A program made the position numbers and the translations under genes. The notes beneath the pieces were generated by a model. That model did no database searches and was not told the DNA's origin. It worked only from the letters and a program-made list of their open reading frames with translations. A stretch of DNA of 64,000 nucleotides from the human T2T-CHM13v2.0 reference genome, Homo sapiens: the NCBI RefSeq assembly GCF_009914755.1, contig NC_060929.1; one strand, written 5' to 3'. Every line of letters starts with the position of its first letter. Positions within the stretch are counted from its first letter, which is position 1. This document shows positions 1-14,094 of this stretch, one piece after another.

Positions 1-423
<423 letters not shown>

Positions 424-649
424 ACTGCAGCCTCTGCCTCCAGGGTTCAAGCAATTCTCATGCCTCAGCGTCCTGAGTAGCTGGGACTACAGGCGTGCAC
501 CACCACGCCCGGCTAATTTTTTGTATTTTTTAATAGAGATGGAGTTTCATCATGTTGGCCAGGATGGTCTTGGTCTCCTGACCTAGTGATCCACCCCACT
601 TGGCCTCCCAAAGTGGTGGGATTACAGGCATGAGCCACTATGCCTGGCT
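424..649 (-). mobile_element. AluS, partial (3' end and tail missing)
   Basis: Antisense Alu text from actgcagcctctgcctcc to tgagccactatgcctggct; abuts the L1 directly. Confidence 0.93.
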
Positions 650-650
650 G

Positions 651-825
651 GAAATAAAGTTTTATTGGAGTACAGCCACACTCATTCATCTAATCACTCA
701 TTTAGTGTCTGTGATTACTAAGCAGATCTGTGAAGGCAGAGCTGAGTAGTTGTGACTGAGACCTAATGGACAGCTAGTCCTAAGATATTTACTATCTGGA
801 CTTTTAAGAAAATGTTTGTCTATTA
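651..825. mobile_element. MER58-like hAT-Charlie DNA transposon fragment
   Basis: aataaagttttattgga..cagccacactcattc..gagtagttgtgac.gagacc..atatttactatctgg resembles recalled MER58A consensus. Confidence 0.75.
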
Positions 826-843
826 GACAAATGTGGTTTAGAC

Positions 844-915
844 TGATGATGATGATGACGATCATGACAATGATAATGATGGTGGTGACGATGTCAGTGA
901 TGATGATAATGATGT
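844..915. repeat. Degenerate (GAT)n simple repeat
   Basis: tgatgatgatgatgacgatcatgacaatgataatgatg seen directly. Confidence 0.85.
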
Positions 916-2939
916 AACTGATTTACCTTAAGTCACGCCAAGAAATGTGTGAGTACTTCCACCAGATGTGGACCCAGCAGTAAAGGAGGGCAGCTGGGCA
1001 CGGCTTTAACTTCTGCTGAGAGGATCTCCTGGAAGGAGCAGCCAGCACTAAATAAAGGGATGGCCAAGGGACAAGGGCCTAAGGGGAGACTGGAGACAGC
1101 AAAAGGAAAGGCATCTCTATCATATGAGTTCCAGCAGAGGATCCCAGCAGAGGAGCCCCCAGAGAACCCACGGAAACACCCTCAGTGGGCAATCTCAGCT
1201 TTAACACCTTCTCGAACCAGAGAATGCAAAGCTGCCCTGTTGTGTAAGAAATGTTGCTTCCCCTTTCCTCTCCTCCTTTCCATCCTGAGTGGGTTATGAA
1301 AGAGCAGCTGGCAAGTGCAGAGGAAGGGCAGGTGCAGTCAGTAGAGAAGATTACTTGTTGACCCTACCTGTCCCTTCCACTGAGGTTGGCTTTACCTGAG
1401 GAAGGAGTGGAGGAGCAGCAGCTTTACCTTTGGGAGGAGAGGGAGAGGTTGATTAATATCATGGACGGACACTGTTAGTTTCTGAATTGAGGCTGTGGCT
1501 GGGGATTTAAGTGGCTTAGGTCTGCCTCTGCCACACAGGAGGGAGGGGCAGGAGAGGCATGGGGACTTTCCTTCTCATTCAGGAGACAGAGAAAGGTGGT
1601 TTTTGACCACTTTGTGCAAGACGTTCTTGTTTAATGTAACAGTTACAGTGATAACAATGACAAGAGAGTCACAACAATGACCTCTTTATGGCACCGGAGT
1701 AGTCCCTCTACCTTTTGCACTCCTAGCCCTGACCATAAGGCATGTGACTTTGACGACAACAGTCCTCTAACCTCACCCGTCTGTCCATCCTCCTTACTGG
1801 CCTCCCTCTGAATGCAAAGCTCCAGCCCCACAGTTTGTGTGCCCTTACCTGAAACTGATATTCTCCTTTTTCTTTCTCCGTTGGTACCAGCTCTTACTTT
1901 TACCAAATGCCTTCCTCCTCATTTAACTATCTGCCTCCTCCTCAACTTGAAGACTCTCCGACCACCCAGTGTATTGTAGCCACTTCTTCCTGTCTTATTA
2001 ATCACCCTGTGTGGCCCTTATCAGCATCCAAATAGTGTCACTGGTGTGCATACACACGTGCTTGCCATGAGTCTGCCCGGGCCTCTATTTGGGTCTCACT
2101 GTACCCTCAGCACTTAGCTCAGGGCCTGACACACAGCTGTGCTTTCTACATACAATCTCATGTTTTCAGAATATTGGTTCACATTATTTTAAAACAGTGC
2201 AGGCCAAACAAAACTTCTCTCTAAGCTGCATTCCTTGCACAGCTGCCTGTTTTGGATGGATGTTCCAGGAAGCTTTCTGAAATCTGAAAGTGGGGGCGAG
2301 GACCCATGGCCTCCAGAGCTCAGGAGACCACAGGGAAAGGCCTGGATGAGGCAGGAGAGATAAGGAGAGATAAGGAGGACCAGGGAGGGCTCCAGGGAAT
2401 CCGACTCCCTGGGCAAGGCTCTTCCCCGAATGAAAGGCTCTGCCTCAACACCCTCTGTCCAATGACAGTCGCTGCTGCTACCAAGGACAACAGTCCCCAG
2501 ACTCTTCCAGCTCAGAAAGAATTCTGCCTGTGAAAACAGAACATTATCAAGTTGGGTTTGTGATGCATGACCGGGTCCCAAAATAGTATCCACGCCCCCT
2601 CCCTTGTCCCGCTGGAAGGCTGTGTGTGAGTTTCTTTATTTTGGAGTCACTGTCTGCAGGCTGCTCTGGTTTCCATGCCTTTTCTTCATCCTGCACCCCT
2701 CGGCTAACTCTCAGCAGGAAAGCTGTGAACTCAATTCTTAATTAAGTTCCCTGGCTGCCAAAAATAACCAGGCCCCCACCCACCCCCCTCCCATCCCCCA
2801 CCACACAGAGGCACCCCTAGTCTTTCTGTGCATCTGATGAGGTTGGATCAGAAGGGAAAGGGAAGAGATGAAGACTGTCAGTTCCATGTCTGTTTTCTGT
2901 CCTTTATCTTAACTGAATTACATTTGGGTCCATGTAATG

Positions 2940-3100
2940 ATAGACTTTTGAATAGCGACAGACTGGACTTCAACCTCTGCCACTTTCCTGCTTGCTGTGT
3001 GTCCCTGGACAAGTCACTTCACCTCTCTGAGCTTCAGTTTTCTCACCTATAGGTGGGGAAGAATATACCCTTATGGCATTAAGTTGACACCTAATTAAAT
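2940..3100 (+). mobile_element. MIR SINE fragment
   Basis: MIR core: ctgtgtgtccctggacaagtcacttcacctctctgagcttcagttttctcacctat. Confidence 0.75.
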
Positions 3101-3229
3101 GGTAGTGGTCCAGCAAGGTGGTCCTGCTGACTCCCACTTTACAAAGGAGAAAAGAGGCTGGGGGCATCTCAGTGACTTCTCCAGCCATGGTGGGTGTTAG
3201 GGGCTCCAGCCTGGCTTGCAGGTCCCAGT

Positions 3230-3840
3230 CTTGTTAAAATCTGACCACGTCACTCGGATGTTCGCACTTCTTTGGTGTTTCCTATTGTGTTAGGCTAGAG
3301 ACCAAAACCATTGCGGAACCCACCAGGAACCTCTCCTGTGTCTCAGTTCTTCCTCCCTGAGCCCTCCTCCCTGAAGCCCCATCTCTCGCTGTTTTCTTTG
3401 ATCACTTTCTCTCCCCAGCTACACTGCTTGCTTTCAATTCCTTGATGCACTGTGCTCCCTCCTGCCTCGGGGCTTTTGCACCTGCTGTTGTTCCTTCTCC
3501 CCGGATGCAAGGCCACCTCCCTTCTCCCACACTGTGCCTGGAACCTCTTCATCCCTCAGCATTCTGCTTAAGCTTCACTTCCGTGGAGAAGCCGGCCTCC
3601 TAGGGCCCCAGAGGCACTTCTCCTGTCTCCTTCCACCTCTTACCTTTGTAATTAAACATGTAATTAAATATGTGTGGAAGGATGATGACAGCTGTCCCTC
3701 ACATTAGCCTGTGAAGCCCTCAAGAGCTGAGATCACACACTTCTTATCCACCACTGGATCCCCAGGCCTAGAACTATGCCTGGCCAAAGCAGTGGCTCCA
3801 TATGTAGTTGTCAATATACAGAAATAAATGATTGAATAGC
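3230..3840 (+). mobile_element. L2 LINE 3' fragment
   Basis: L2-like text (gggcttttgcacctgctgtt..; gcctagaactatgcctggc..) ending in L2-type tail aataaatgattgaat. Confidence 0.65.
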
Positions 3841-4949
3841 GAACTGAACCTATCCTCGTGCCCTCTGAAGGGAATCAGGATGGTCTTGCAGACCACCCCA
3901 TCTCTCCGCAGGGGCTTCTGACACAAAAGGGCTCAGCTGCCCCCCACTCCAGGAGATGGCTCTGAGCCTCTACCAGGTGCTCCCAACGCCCTGCAGATGA
4001 GCTCGCCCGGCAAGTGGAAGGAATCGTTAATTAATAAGCAGCAGGTTCTCCAGAAAAATACAGCCTGTGCAAAGGCAGCATCTCAACAGTGGAGACCCAA
4101 GGCCATTTCTGCTCCCCTCGCCCCCACCCTGCAATGCTTCTCCCCTCTCCACTCGCACTTCCCCACAGGCACAGGGTCCTGGGTTCTGGCAGGGCCCTCT
4201 GACATCAGCCCAGGAGATAAGGAGTCTTCTCTTTGTGCTTTCCCTGACAAGTGAGCCTGAGCTGGTGGGTTCTGTTAGCCAAGGGCCGAGCTTCCAGCAG
4301 AGCTGCAGCTCCCGCAGTGCGGACACTATAGGAGAGAACTGGGATTCTGCAGCAGAACTGACAGAGCAAGTGGAGGGAGCTGCGCGCTGGGGGCTTCAGG
4401 TTTTTGTCACTTTTAGGAGCAGGGCAAAGGGTCCCTCCGTGTGTTGTCCCTTTTCAAAACAAAACAAAACATTATCACATCAGGGAAATTTTGGAAAAGA
4501 AATGAAAAAAAAATCTCTCACAAATCTAGCACCCTATAGGTGCAACATGGCATACTTTGCAGACTTTGTGCACAGGCAGCTCTGGTTTTGCATAGCTGAG
4601 GTCCTGGTGCAGAAGCCGTTTTGCTTTCACATTTCTTTTTTCACTCGAGGTCGTGTGTGAACATTTCTCGAGTGGTGCTTCTAATGATCAGTGTCAATGG
4701 CTTCAGAATGTGGCTCCCCCTTGGTGGCCTTGCTCTGTCTCACCTCCCAGTCTCTTCTCCCACCACTCCCAGATCTGCTACCCTGACCTCCCCAAGACCC
4801 TGCGTGCTGGTCCTGTTCTGGCCAGGGTCTGGTGTGAGGGGTAGCTCTGGACAAGCTACCAAACCTTTGTGAGCCTCATTCCCTGTCTCTAAACTAGAGC
4901 ACGATCAGGACGGCCCCTCAGAGATGGGGCTTCGGTAAGGATTAGCTGA

Positions 4950-5705
<756 letters not shown>

Positions 5706-5954
5706 AGACAAAACAAAGGGAGTGAATAGCACTGAGAAATTAACACTAGCTGTACTGGAGATCAGAGGTGCTCAATAAACATTGAGCACATTTACAGACC
5801 TGCCCTAGGGGTTGCCTTCTCCCACCTGCTAGGCACAGTGAGCAAGGCTGACCCCTCATCTGCCATGTTGAAGTCAGAGCCGCCTGACAAAGCCCAGGAC
5901 CCTATGCCATGGAGGTTAGGTGGGACATGAAATGCAGGGGGGCTGGGGAGGAGA

Positions 5955-6145
5955 AGAAGGTATTCTTAGGGGCCCACAAAAATGTTTCAGTTTTCTTCAA
6001 ACAAGAAGAGAATAGTGACTCTCATCCAGCCTGAATTATATTTGTCTTTATACCAATGCAGCTGTAAAATATAATTTTTAAAAGTTTTCTGAGGAAGGGA
6101 CCTATGAAGGCAAGAATGCTTGGAGCCCATGAAAGTCCCAGGAGG
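5955..6145. mobile_element. Probable old hAT MITE (MER91/MER96-like)
   Basis: ggggcccacaaaaatgttt..AT-rich core..ggagcccatgaaagtcc; family call tentative. Confidence 0.35.
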
Positions 6146-6799
6146 GGTCCTAGCTCCTTGGGGTGGCCGAGTGAGGCTTTTGCACGTGTTGCTCCTGTTC
6201 ATTCATTGGTGGTGTGGTTGGCATCACTGTCCCCATTTTTTGGGTGAAGGAACTAAAGGTCTATGAAAATTTGAGTTGCACCAACCCCAGGCCGGGAGGG
6301 CCTTTGGTGCACTCTAACCTGGCCCCCAGGAAATGGGCCCAGTAAGGCAGGGCACCCACAGGGCTGCGCTGAACTCAGAGTGGAGCTGGGTGTGCAGCCT
6401 GGCTCTCCTGGCTCCCTATCTTGTGACTGTTCTGCTCACACCTGGCTGATCTCGAGGGGATGTGTCTCCGCCACCCAGATCGGCATGCTGGCTGCTCTCT
6501 TGGTAAATCCACTACCTGATCTCCAGGTAGGCTGTGTCCTCGCCAAGCCTCCAATGACCACTATAGGGAAGGGACATTGTGTGCGGTCAGGGGTGCTCAT
6601 GCTCACTTGCACCAGCCCTCAGGAAGGCTGGCTGAGGACCATGTCACTAGAGGAGCTGGTCTTGCTTCTGGGACTAGTGGGGCAGAGTCTGTCTCCACAG
6701 GTAAATGAATCTTACCTGGTCCTCAGCCTGAGGACACACAGATGAATGCAATGCAACCCCTCCCCTTCAGGAGGGCCCATCCAGGTAAGGGAGGCAGAC

Positions 6800-7310
6800 T
6801 GGAGAAGTCACTGAGGGCTTCCTGGAGGGGGTGGTAGTCCAGGGGAGACCTGAGTGATGACCGAGAGGCAGGCAGGTAAAGAGAGTGTGGTAGGACAGGG
6901 CTTGGAAAGTACACAAGTGGAGGTCAGAGAGGAATGGAACATTCTAGATTAGAGAGCAGTTGCAGACTCTGAGGCAGAAAGTCTGGGCCAGGGAGCTGGT
7001 GGAGAGAGGTTGGAGATTCGGCCAGAGAGGAGGCAGGGGCCAGGTGACACGAGGCTTTGGGGGCCTTTATCGAGAGCATGAATTTCATTCTGTGTACAAT
7101 GGGAGCTATTGGAAGATTTTAAACAGGGGAATGACATGCTCCAACTGATGTCTTTCTAGGGTTCCTCTGGCAGTGAAGATCAGATTGGAGGGGAGGTTGG
7201 AGGGGTGGAGGGGAGGTGATTGTCATTAGCTGGGTAACAAATATTGAAGACTCAGCCCACAGTACTGGTAAAGGAGATGCCAAAAAACCAAAGTATTTTT
7301 GGAGAAAGAT
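6800..7310 (-). mobile_element. L2 LINE fragment
   Basis: gaatttcattctgtgtacaatgggagctattggaagattttaaacaggggaatgacatg is typical antisense L2. Confidence 0.75.
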
Positions 7311-8559
7311 TGAGTCATGGAAGGCTCCACAAGGGAGGTGGTGCTGAGTAGGGTTTTGAAAATTGAGTAGGAGTTTGCTCAGCAAGCGAAGGCTAAGGGG
7401 CCTCTCCTGATGATGAGGCCAGCATGTGTGAAATTCCACAAGGGTGACTCTGGCTGGATGGTGCTGGAATACAACCAGTAAATGGGGATGTGATGGGAGG
7501 GGAGAGAGCTGGGAAGGGGGCCATGTAGAGCCTCCAGTACAATGCCCAGAGCTCAGGCACTGTCTCACAGGCAGTGGGAGCTCTAGAAGCCACATACTTA
7601 GTTCACACATTTAATTGCAATGAAAGGACTGGGAAGCATTCTACAGGCGGAAGGCATGAATGAATGAGTCAAACACACTGTAAAATACGTCTTTAAAGAA
7701 TCGAGAGCAGATGAGGATGCCGGAAGGAACATACTCATGATCACTCTCTCTGCTTGCTCCCTCTGATGTCTCAGTCCCCAGGGCAGGGGCCGCGGCAGCA
7801 ACCAAGGATGGGAGAAAACCCCACAGGGAGAAACAGGGAGGGCGAGATCACACCCAACCCAAAGATGCCCCCACCGTCACGGGGGCAGGCGGGCTGATCT
7901 TCCAATGACAAATTTGTAAATTTTAACAGAGATGCATTTGTCTTAACAAACATAAGAAAAAAGTACTCATCCAACTCATTATTTTACATATGGTGTTGCT
8001 AAGATCGACCTAAATGTATATGAGAAATGAGTCAACCTAAAGTAAAACAGTAAGTAAAAGATTGCAGAAGACGACATTGGCTATAGTGTAATGGATAAAG
8101 TCTGGGAAGCACTGAGAACGCTACCTCCAGTGGTGAGGGGGCGCGTGGCGGCTGCAGAGCTATCCATCAGTCTGCCTGGTGGAGCAGAGGCAATCTGAGG
8201 AGGCTGGCAAGTGCTGCTTTGTAAGCGAACAGATAGGGATGCTGATGGATGCCACTGGGATTCAATGCAGCAGTGAACTCACCTTGCTCTCTGTAGCACC
8301 TTCCCGTACAGTATTCCTGCACCCGGCTGGGTATGCTGTGAGCTCACTACACTTCCCATGTCCCCCCCGAGATACGAACTCAGAGACAGCGGGCTGCCGG
8401 GCTCTTTTCTGCAGAGCCCGGTCTCTAAGTTGCCATCATGAATTGACACAGAGGCCCTTCTTACTGGAAGGACCAGCACAGGATACAGAGGTGTGGGCAG
8501 CTGTCCTCCCACCCACACAATAAAATAATTGTCATAGTGATAATGACGCACATGTCACA

Positions 8560-8775
8560 GCTAGTGAATTCCCAGCCTGGGCCTACTCCATGCACTTCAC
8601 ATGCACTCCATAATTTATTCTTCATCCAACCTAGTGAGGTGAGCAGTTTTACCCTTTTTCTACAGATGAGGAAACTGAGGCTCAAAGAGGTGGGTACATT
8701 GCCCAAGGACATAGGGCTGTGGCAGAGCCGGACTTCTAGCCCGAGTCTGGCTGGTTCCAAAGCCCAGAGTTTGCA
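8560..8775 (-). mobile_element. MIR SINE
   Basis: ttttctacagatgaggaaactgaggctcaaagagg..gcccaaggacatagggctg. Confidence 0.8.
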
Positions 8776-9261
8776 TGAACAAGCTGGAGGCGGTGCTGCT
8801 GCAGCCCCGAGGCCAGGTTGGGCTGCACATGTGTTTGGTTTGGCTCGCTCGGTGTTGAATTCTTTCTAATTGGTTGGCAACATCTAAAGGCTGGAGATTT
8901 CACATGAAAACCAATCATTCTGGCTTCTCTAAGCAGAGCTGGGCCCTCCGGCCACCTGGGCCTACCTCCTCACCTGGCCACATGCATGGGGCTGCCCTGG
9001 TAGCCAAAGCCTTTGCTCTGTGCTTTTCCACAGGCCCCACCAGTCCCTATTGTCCCTCTCACCCACTCACCTCACCCACAACCCATGGGACAGGCATCGG
9101 CCTTTACCATGGTGGGCACCGGGACGGTCCAGGTGTCCTGAGCGGGAAAGGTCGGCTTGGTCTCCATACAGCCTTGGGTCCCACTCAACAGAGCCTGAGC
9201 ATGAAGTATGCCCTGTGTCCACAACCCTGGTGGGGAAACTGAGGCCCAGAGAGAGAGAGGA

Positions 9262-9625
9262 GGCATTATGTTCTTACTGTTGCTGTAACATATGAATGTA
9301 CTGCCTAAAAACAATATCCATTTATTCTCTTGTAGTTCTGGAGATCAGGAGTACAAAACGGGTCTCAATGGCTAAAATTAAGGTATCACAGGGCTACGTT
9401 CCTTCTGGAAGCTCTAGGAGAGAATGCTTTCCATCGTCTTTTCTAGCTTCTAGAGGCTGCCTACATTCCTCCACTTGTAGCTTCTCCCTTCATCTCCAAA
9501 GCCCAGTGGCATAGAATCTTCATCTCTCTCTCCCACCTCCCTTTCAGGGGGACCTTTCTGAGACCACTGGGTCCCCCTGGTTAACCCGGATATTCTCCCA
9601 ACTCGAGATCCTTGCCCAAGGTACA
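9262..9625 (-). mobile_element. MLT1 LTR (MLT1C/D-like)
   Basis: gttgctgtaaca..gtagttctggagatcaggagt..ccttctggaagctctaggagagaat..tctagaggctgcctacattcct. Confidence 0.8.
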
Positions 9626-10823
9626 GTGTGAATAGTAGGAATAGTGGGAAGCGAAACTCAGGACATTTTCCTCAGTTCCCCTTCTGGATACCACACAGCC
9701 TCCTTGAAAAGAAAATGTTTAAATTCTGATGTTTCACAGGGAATGGACAGAAAGAGGCAGGTTCAAAGATTAGGGTAAAAGCCAAGTGAGGAGGCCCCCA
9801 AATTGCAGAGAGCCAGGGGGTGTGGGTCTTCCCTGGCACAGCACAAATGTGACCCATAATAGGGACATGAATGGAAACAGAGCAGCTCTGAGGTCCTTGG
9901 CCCTGCTCCTGTGTTCCCCAGCTTCCCCCATCACCCTGGCAGACACCTACCTGCATATCTCCCGTGCCTGCCTCTCCCAGACTCCAGCCTCCCGTGAGCC
10001 TTTCCTGAAATGCAAACCTGAACACTTCCTTTCAAACACTCCCTGCCCCCTAGGATCAAATCCAAGTTCAGTGCCCAGCATTCAAAGGCCCCATGGCTTG
10101 TCCCCCACCCCTCCCCACGCCGCTACTATCTCTGCCTTTTGATCTGGAGAAAGCCTTGGCTTGGAGGCCAGAAGCCTAATAGTCCTTTTGCCTTGATGGC
10201 ATCAGGCGTATTTCCATTTCACATACAATTTCTCATCGACATGACACCCAAACCTTGTGAGTGGTTGGCCCGTTTCTCAAATGAGGATAAGTGCCCAGAG
10301 AAGCCTAGTAGCTTCCCCCACATCACACAGCTAGTAAGAGGCAAATCAGAGGTCTGAATTCAGCTCTTTTGTCTCCCCTGAGGTTGCTCACGGGGCTCTG
10401 AGCCCAGGGCCTGGCCTGTGCTGTGGGGTTGACAAATGTGCAGAGGGCGTAAGGACGGCAGGCTCTCCCGAGTGGCTCACAGTTCGGCCTCCAGCAGCCT
10501 CCTTTTGGGAAGCATCATAAATTAAAAACCCATCATGTCGCCAGGCTTGGACAGTGTCCCTGATGCTGGAGGAATAATTCATGGCACACGACTGGAGCTG
10601 GAGATGGCAAAGCCTGCTAGGATTCAGCTCCTGCCCTGCCCCAGGAACAGTTTTCAGCCTAGGCAGCTGTGCAGAGCTGGGTGTGTGCCCTCTCCCTGCC
10701 ACCTGCTGTGAGGCCAAGGCCAGCGGAGTCCCTTCTCTTTGCGGACCCCTTTCTCTCCCTCCATGACTTCCTCTCACTCATAAATGGAGACAATCTGAAC
10801 TCATTCCACAGGGCAGTGTATAA

Positions 10824-11151
<328 letters not shown>

Positions 11152-13115
11152 AGGCATGGGGTCTCTTAAGGGCTCCAAACCCACCGTTCAGTACAGGCAT
11201 TTCATGAGCAACTCAAATTCACTGCAATCTCTCCCAACCTCTCTTCTAGGTGTAGCTAGCAAGGCTACCACTGGCAGGGCCCGGCTGATTACTTATTTAC
11301 CTGTAGCTTGTGTTATTATTTTCATAAATCCATTAGCAGCAGGAGGGGGGCATGACCAGGGAAGCCCGCACAGTGCTGGGACATTTAAGCCTCAGCCTGG
11401 CTCTCTGCTCCACTCGGTCAAATTCCAACTGTGTTGTTGGCTCACAGCACACCCACCGTAACAGCATCGTAAACGCTCCAAAGCCTCCTCTGTCCGTCAC
11501 CTTTGTCTTCATGTGGTGCGTTTCATCAAGTTGACTATTTTTATCCGTTCTATTTCTGTTATTAACACATGCCGGGTATCTGCAATATACATATGTGTAA
11601 TATCATATTTATAAACTCTTTAACCAAATACAATACTTTGATAGACTTCTTGATTAATTTGTATCCGAAAATTTCCTTCTTTTAAATTCCAGCTCTAATT
11701 CCGAGCTCAGATTCCTTCCTTATCTGTAACATGGGGTGGTGATGAGGATGATATAACATACTCCCTCAAGGATGTTTTGAATTTTCAGTCATTCGTTCAA
11801 CACATTTCATTGAATAGCTACTATGTGTCAGGCAAACTGCTATGAGCAGGAATAGGGTGGTGAACAAAATTAGCATGGTTCCTGCCTGGATGGCGCTCAG
11901 AATTGAGGAAAGACAGGCAGTAGCAGTCATGAGAAACTATGCAAGAACATATTGTGTCACCCTCTCAGGAAACAGACGGGGGGCTGAGAGAGAGGGCAGG
12001 AGAATGCTTCAGAATCAGAGGGCAGGGGACAGCAAATGGGGGTGGGCAGGTTCCAGGAAGGGTGCAGAGCTCTGGGAGGCCCCGCCAGGAGGCTGAGCTT
12101 GTGCAGGTTTCTCCCCAGCTCTGGGCCTTAGCGTCCTCATCTGTGGAATGGGCGTGGCAGCGTTTCGACTTTGTGGGGCTTTTTGAGGGTGAAATGAGGA
12201 AATGCGCACGAAGGACATCTTCCAGCTGGGTGTAAGCTTCGGTGCAGAGCAGCGGCACACTCTTCCCTCTGTGTGTGAGGAGGCCCGGGGGCGGGGACAG
12301 GAGGCTGGGGTTCGCAGCACCCATGGGAACAGCCAGCCGGGGTTGAGATCCCAACTCTGCTGATTGCCATGTTGCCTCAGCGGAGGGTTCCTTGGGTGTA
12401 CAGAGGACTCGAAGCACAGGCGCCCCAGACCAGGAGAAACACGGGAGGGCGGGCCCCCCTCAAAAGGGGGCCATGCCTGAGAGGGGCCCCCAGGGCACCC
12501 CTGGGAACCCACAGAGGTCTCGACCAGCAAGCACCAAGCTGGGCCTGGGGGGACAGGGGCGACTCAGACGTGGTCCTGGCCCAAGGAGGCTGCCGTGGGC
12601 TGGTGGAGAAAGATCCGTAAACTAAACGGACCTTCCCAGCCCCCAGCCCGGTGTAGCCAGCATGGGACAGACATGGGCCCTACAGCTCTCCTGACCCAGG
12701 AGGCCCGGCAGCCCCCGTATTTCTGCAGGCGTCTTGGCTCCATCTAGACGGCACTGGGATGCTGGAATCTGCATTTGCGCTGCACTGGACGCTGGGAAGA
12801 CTTTCACCGCAGAGCGGGGGCTGCTGGAGGGGCGGGTGGGCTGCGGCCCGGCGGCGGCGGATGCCTGTCTCTGCCGAAGCCGAAGGAAGGCTGCGTGGGC
12901 AGATCTTCCAGCTAGGCCCAGAGGGACGGCCGACATTCAACCCGCCAGTCAAAGGAGGGAAGGGCTGGCGGCAGGAGCAGCTCAGGAGGCAGACCCGGGC
13001 GCGCGGGGGCGCGGGGGCTCGGGGGCCTGTGAGGGATCCCCGGACGGGCAGCTGCGGGGTGCGGGCCGGGCTGCACCGCGACAAAGGCGGCCCAGCGGCG
13101 GCATCGGAGGACGCA

Positions 13116-13134
13116 CGCTGCCCCCTGGTGGCCA
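13116..13134 (-). promoter_or_regulatory. CTCF motif, near consensus
   Basis: gctgccccctggtggcca; reverse complement TGGCCACCAGGGGGCAGC versus core consensus TGGCCACCAGGGGGCGC. Confidence 0.75.
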
Positions 13135-13390
13135 GGCCGCTCCCCGCAAACGCGAGCTCCTTTGTTTTGCGGTCCCGGCTTCTGCGGCCCAGGCTTGCTG
13201 GAGAGAGTCTGAAGCCCCGGCTTCCAGAGCGGGTGGCCACGATGCCAGGGCCGCGCAGGGAACCTGGTGAGCCGAGGGTCGAGTCCCAGCCCTGCAGCTC
13301 GCTGGCGGCAAGGGCCGGCTCCCCAGCCTGCTCAGAGCCTGAGTCTCCCGCTGCTGCAGTGGGAGGAAGCGCGCACCGGTTCACTGGGTG

Positions 13391-13426
13391 TGGGGGCGCT
13401 GATTGTGGTGGGGGCGCTGATTGTGG
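13391..13426. repeat. Perfect 18-bp tandem duplication (tgggggcgctgattgtgg)x2
   Basis: Seen directly. Confidence 0.92.
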
Positions 13427-13977
13427 TGTTATTTGTGCACACACGTGGCTCGGGCGCCGGTCGAGGCCTCCTAGCGACTTGCCCCACCCGGTTTCCCCGC
13501 ACACCCACTCCTCACCTCCTGCACCAGCTGGCGGGGTCTTTGTCTCCCCCTGACCCTGATGGTAGCCGCTTTGTCAGCACCATTAGGAAATCCATGGTAG
13601 ATTTCCTTTTGTGAGATTGAGTAGAATTTTAGAGATTTGGGGGTAGGAGGCAGGCACCTCCTGGCCCTCCCTCTCCACCCTTCTTTCTCTTTTCCATTCT
13701 CTCCGCAGCCCTGCTCACAAGAGCCCTCCGGAGCCCCACCACCTTGCCCTGCAGCCATCAGTGTAGAGAACATGCCCTCCGGCCTCGCCCTTCACCCCTA
13801 CTGTTCCCAAGCACAGTCCACCCTGGTCCCTGAAGGAAGCTGAGTGGAATGTCTCATGGAAGCGTGTGGGGGTGGATCTGTGCTTAGGAGCACCTTTCTC
13901 CAGACGGGTCTGACCCAGTCCACCCTGCAGCCATCGCTTCCTTCTTTAATTTTATCGCATTATGTCCCACCAGGTAT

Positions 13978-14091
13978 AGGAGGAAGAGAGAGAGAGAGAG
14001 GAGGCATGGAAGGAAGAAGGAAGAAAGGAGGGAAAGGAGGGGAAGGAAGGAAGGAAGGAAAAGAAGAAAGAGAAAGAAGGAAGGAAGGAGA
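13978..14091. repeat. GA-rich low-complexity tract
   Basis: (GA)n followed by (GGAA)n-like repeats. Confidence 0.88.
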
Positions 14092-14094
14092 CAT

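Larger units (their letters stand above)
12230..13545. promoter_or_regulatory. CpG island (promoter- or enhancer-like, no linked gene seen in the window)
   Basis: Very GC-rich with dense CpG (gcggcccggcggcggcgg, cccgggcgcgcgggggcgcgg) against CpG-depleted flanks; GC boxes; not a recognisable repeat. Confidence 0.88.

Noticed and set aside
4711-4730. CTCF-like ggccaccaagggggg on the minus strand
   Set aside because: Mismatches in the core; too weak.
12680-13553. Long overlapping ORFs of 178-274 aa on both strands
   Set aside because: Stop-poor GC-rich island sequence; Ala/Arg/Gly/Pro-rich with no recognisable domain.
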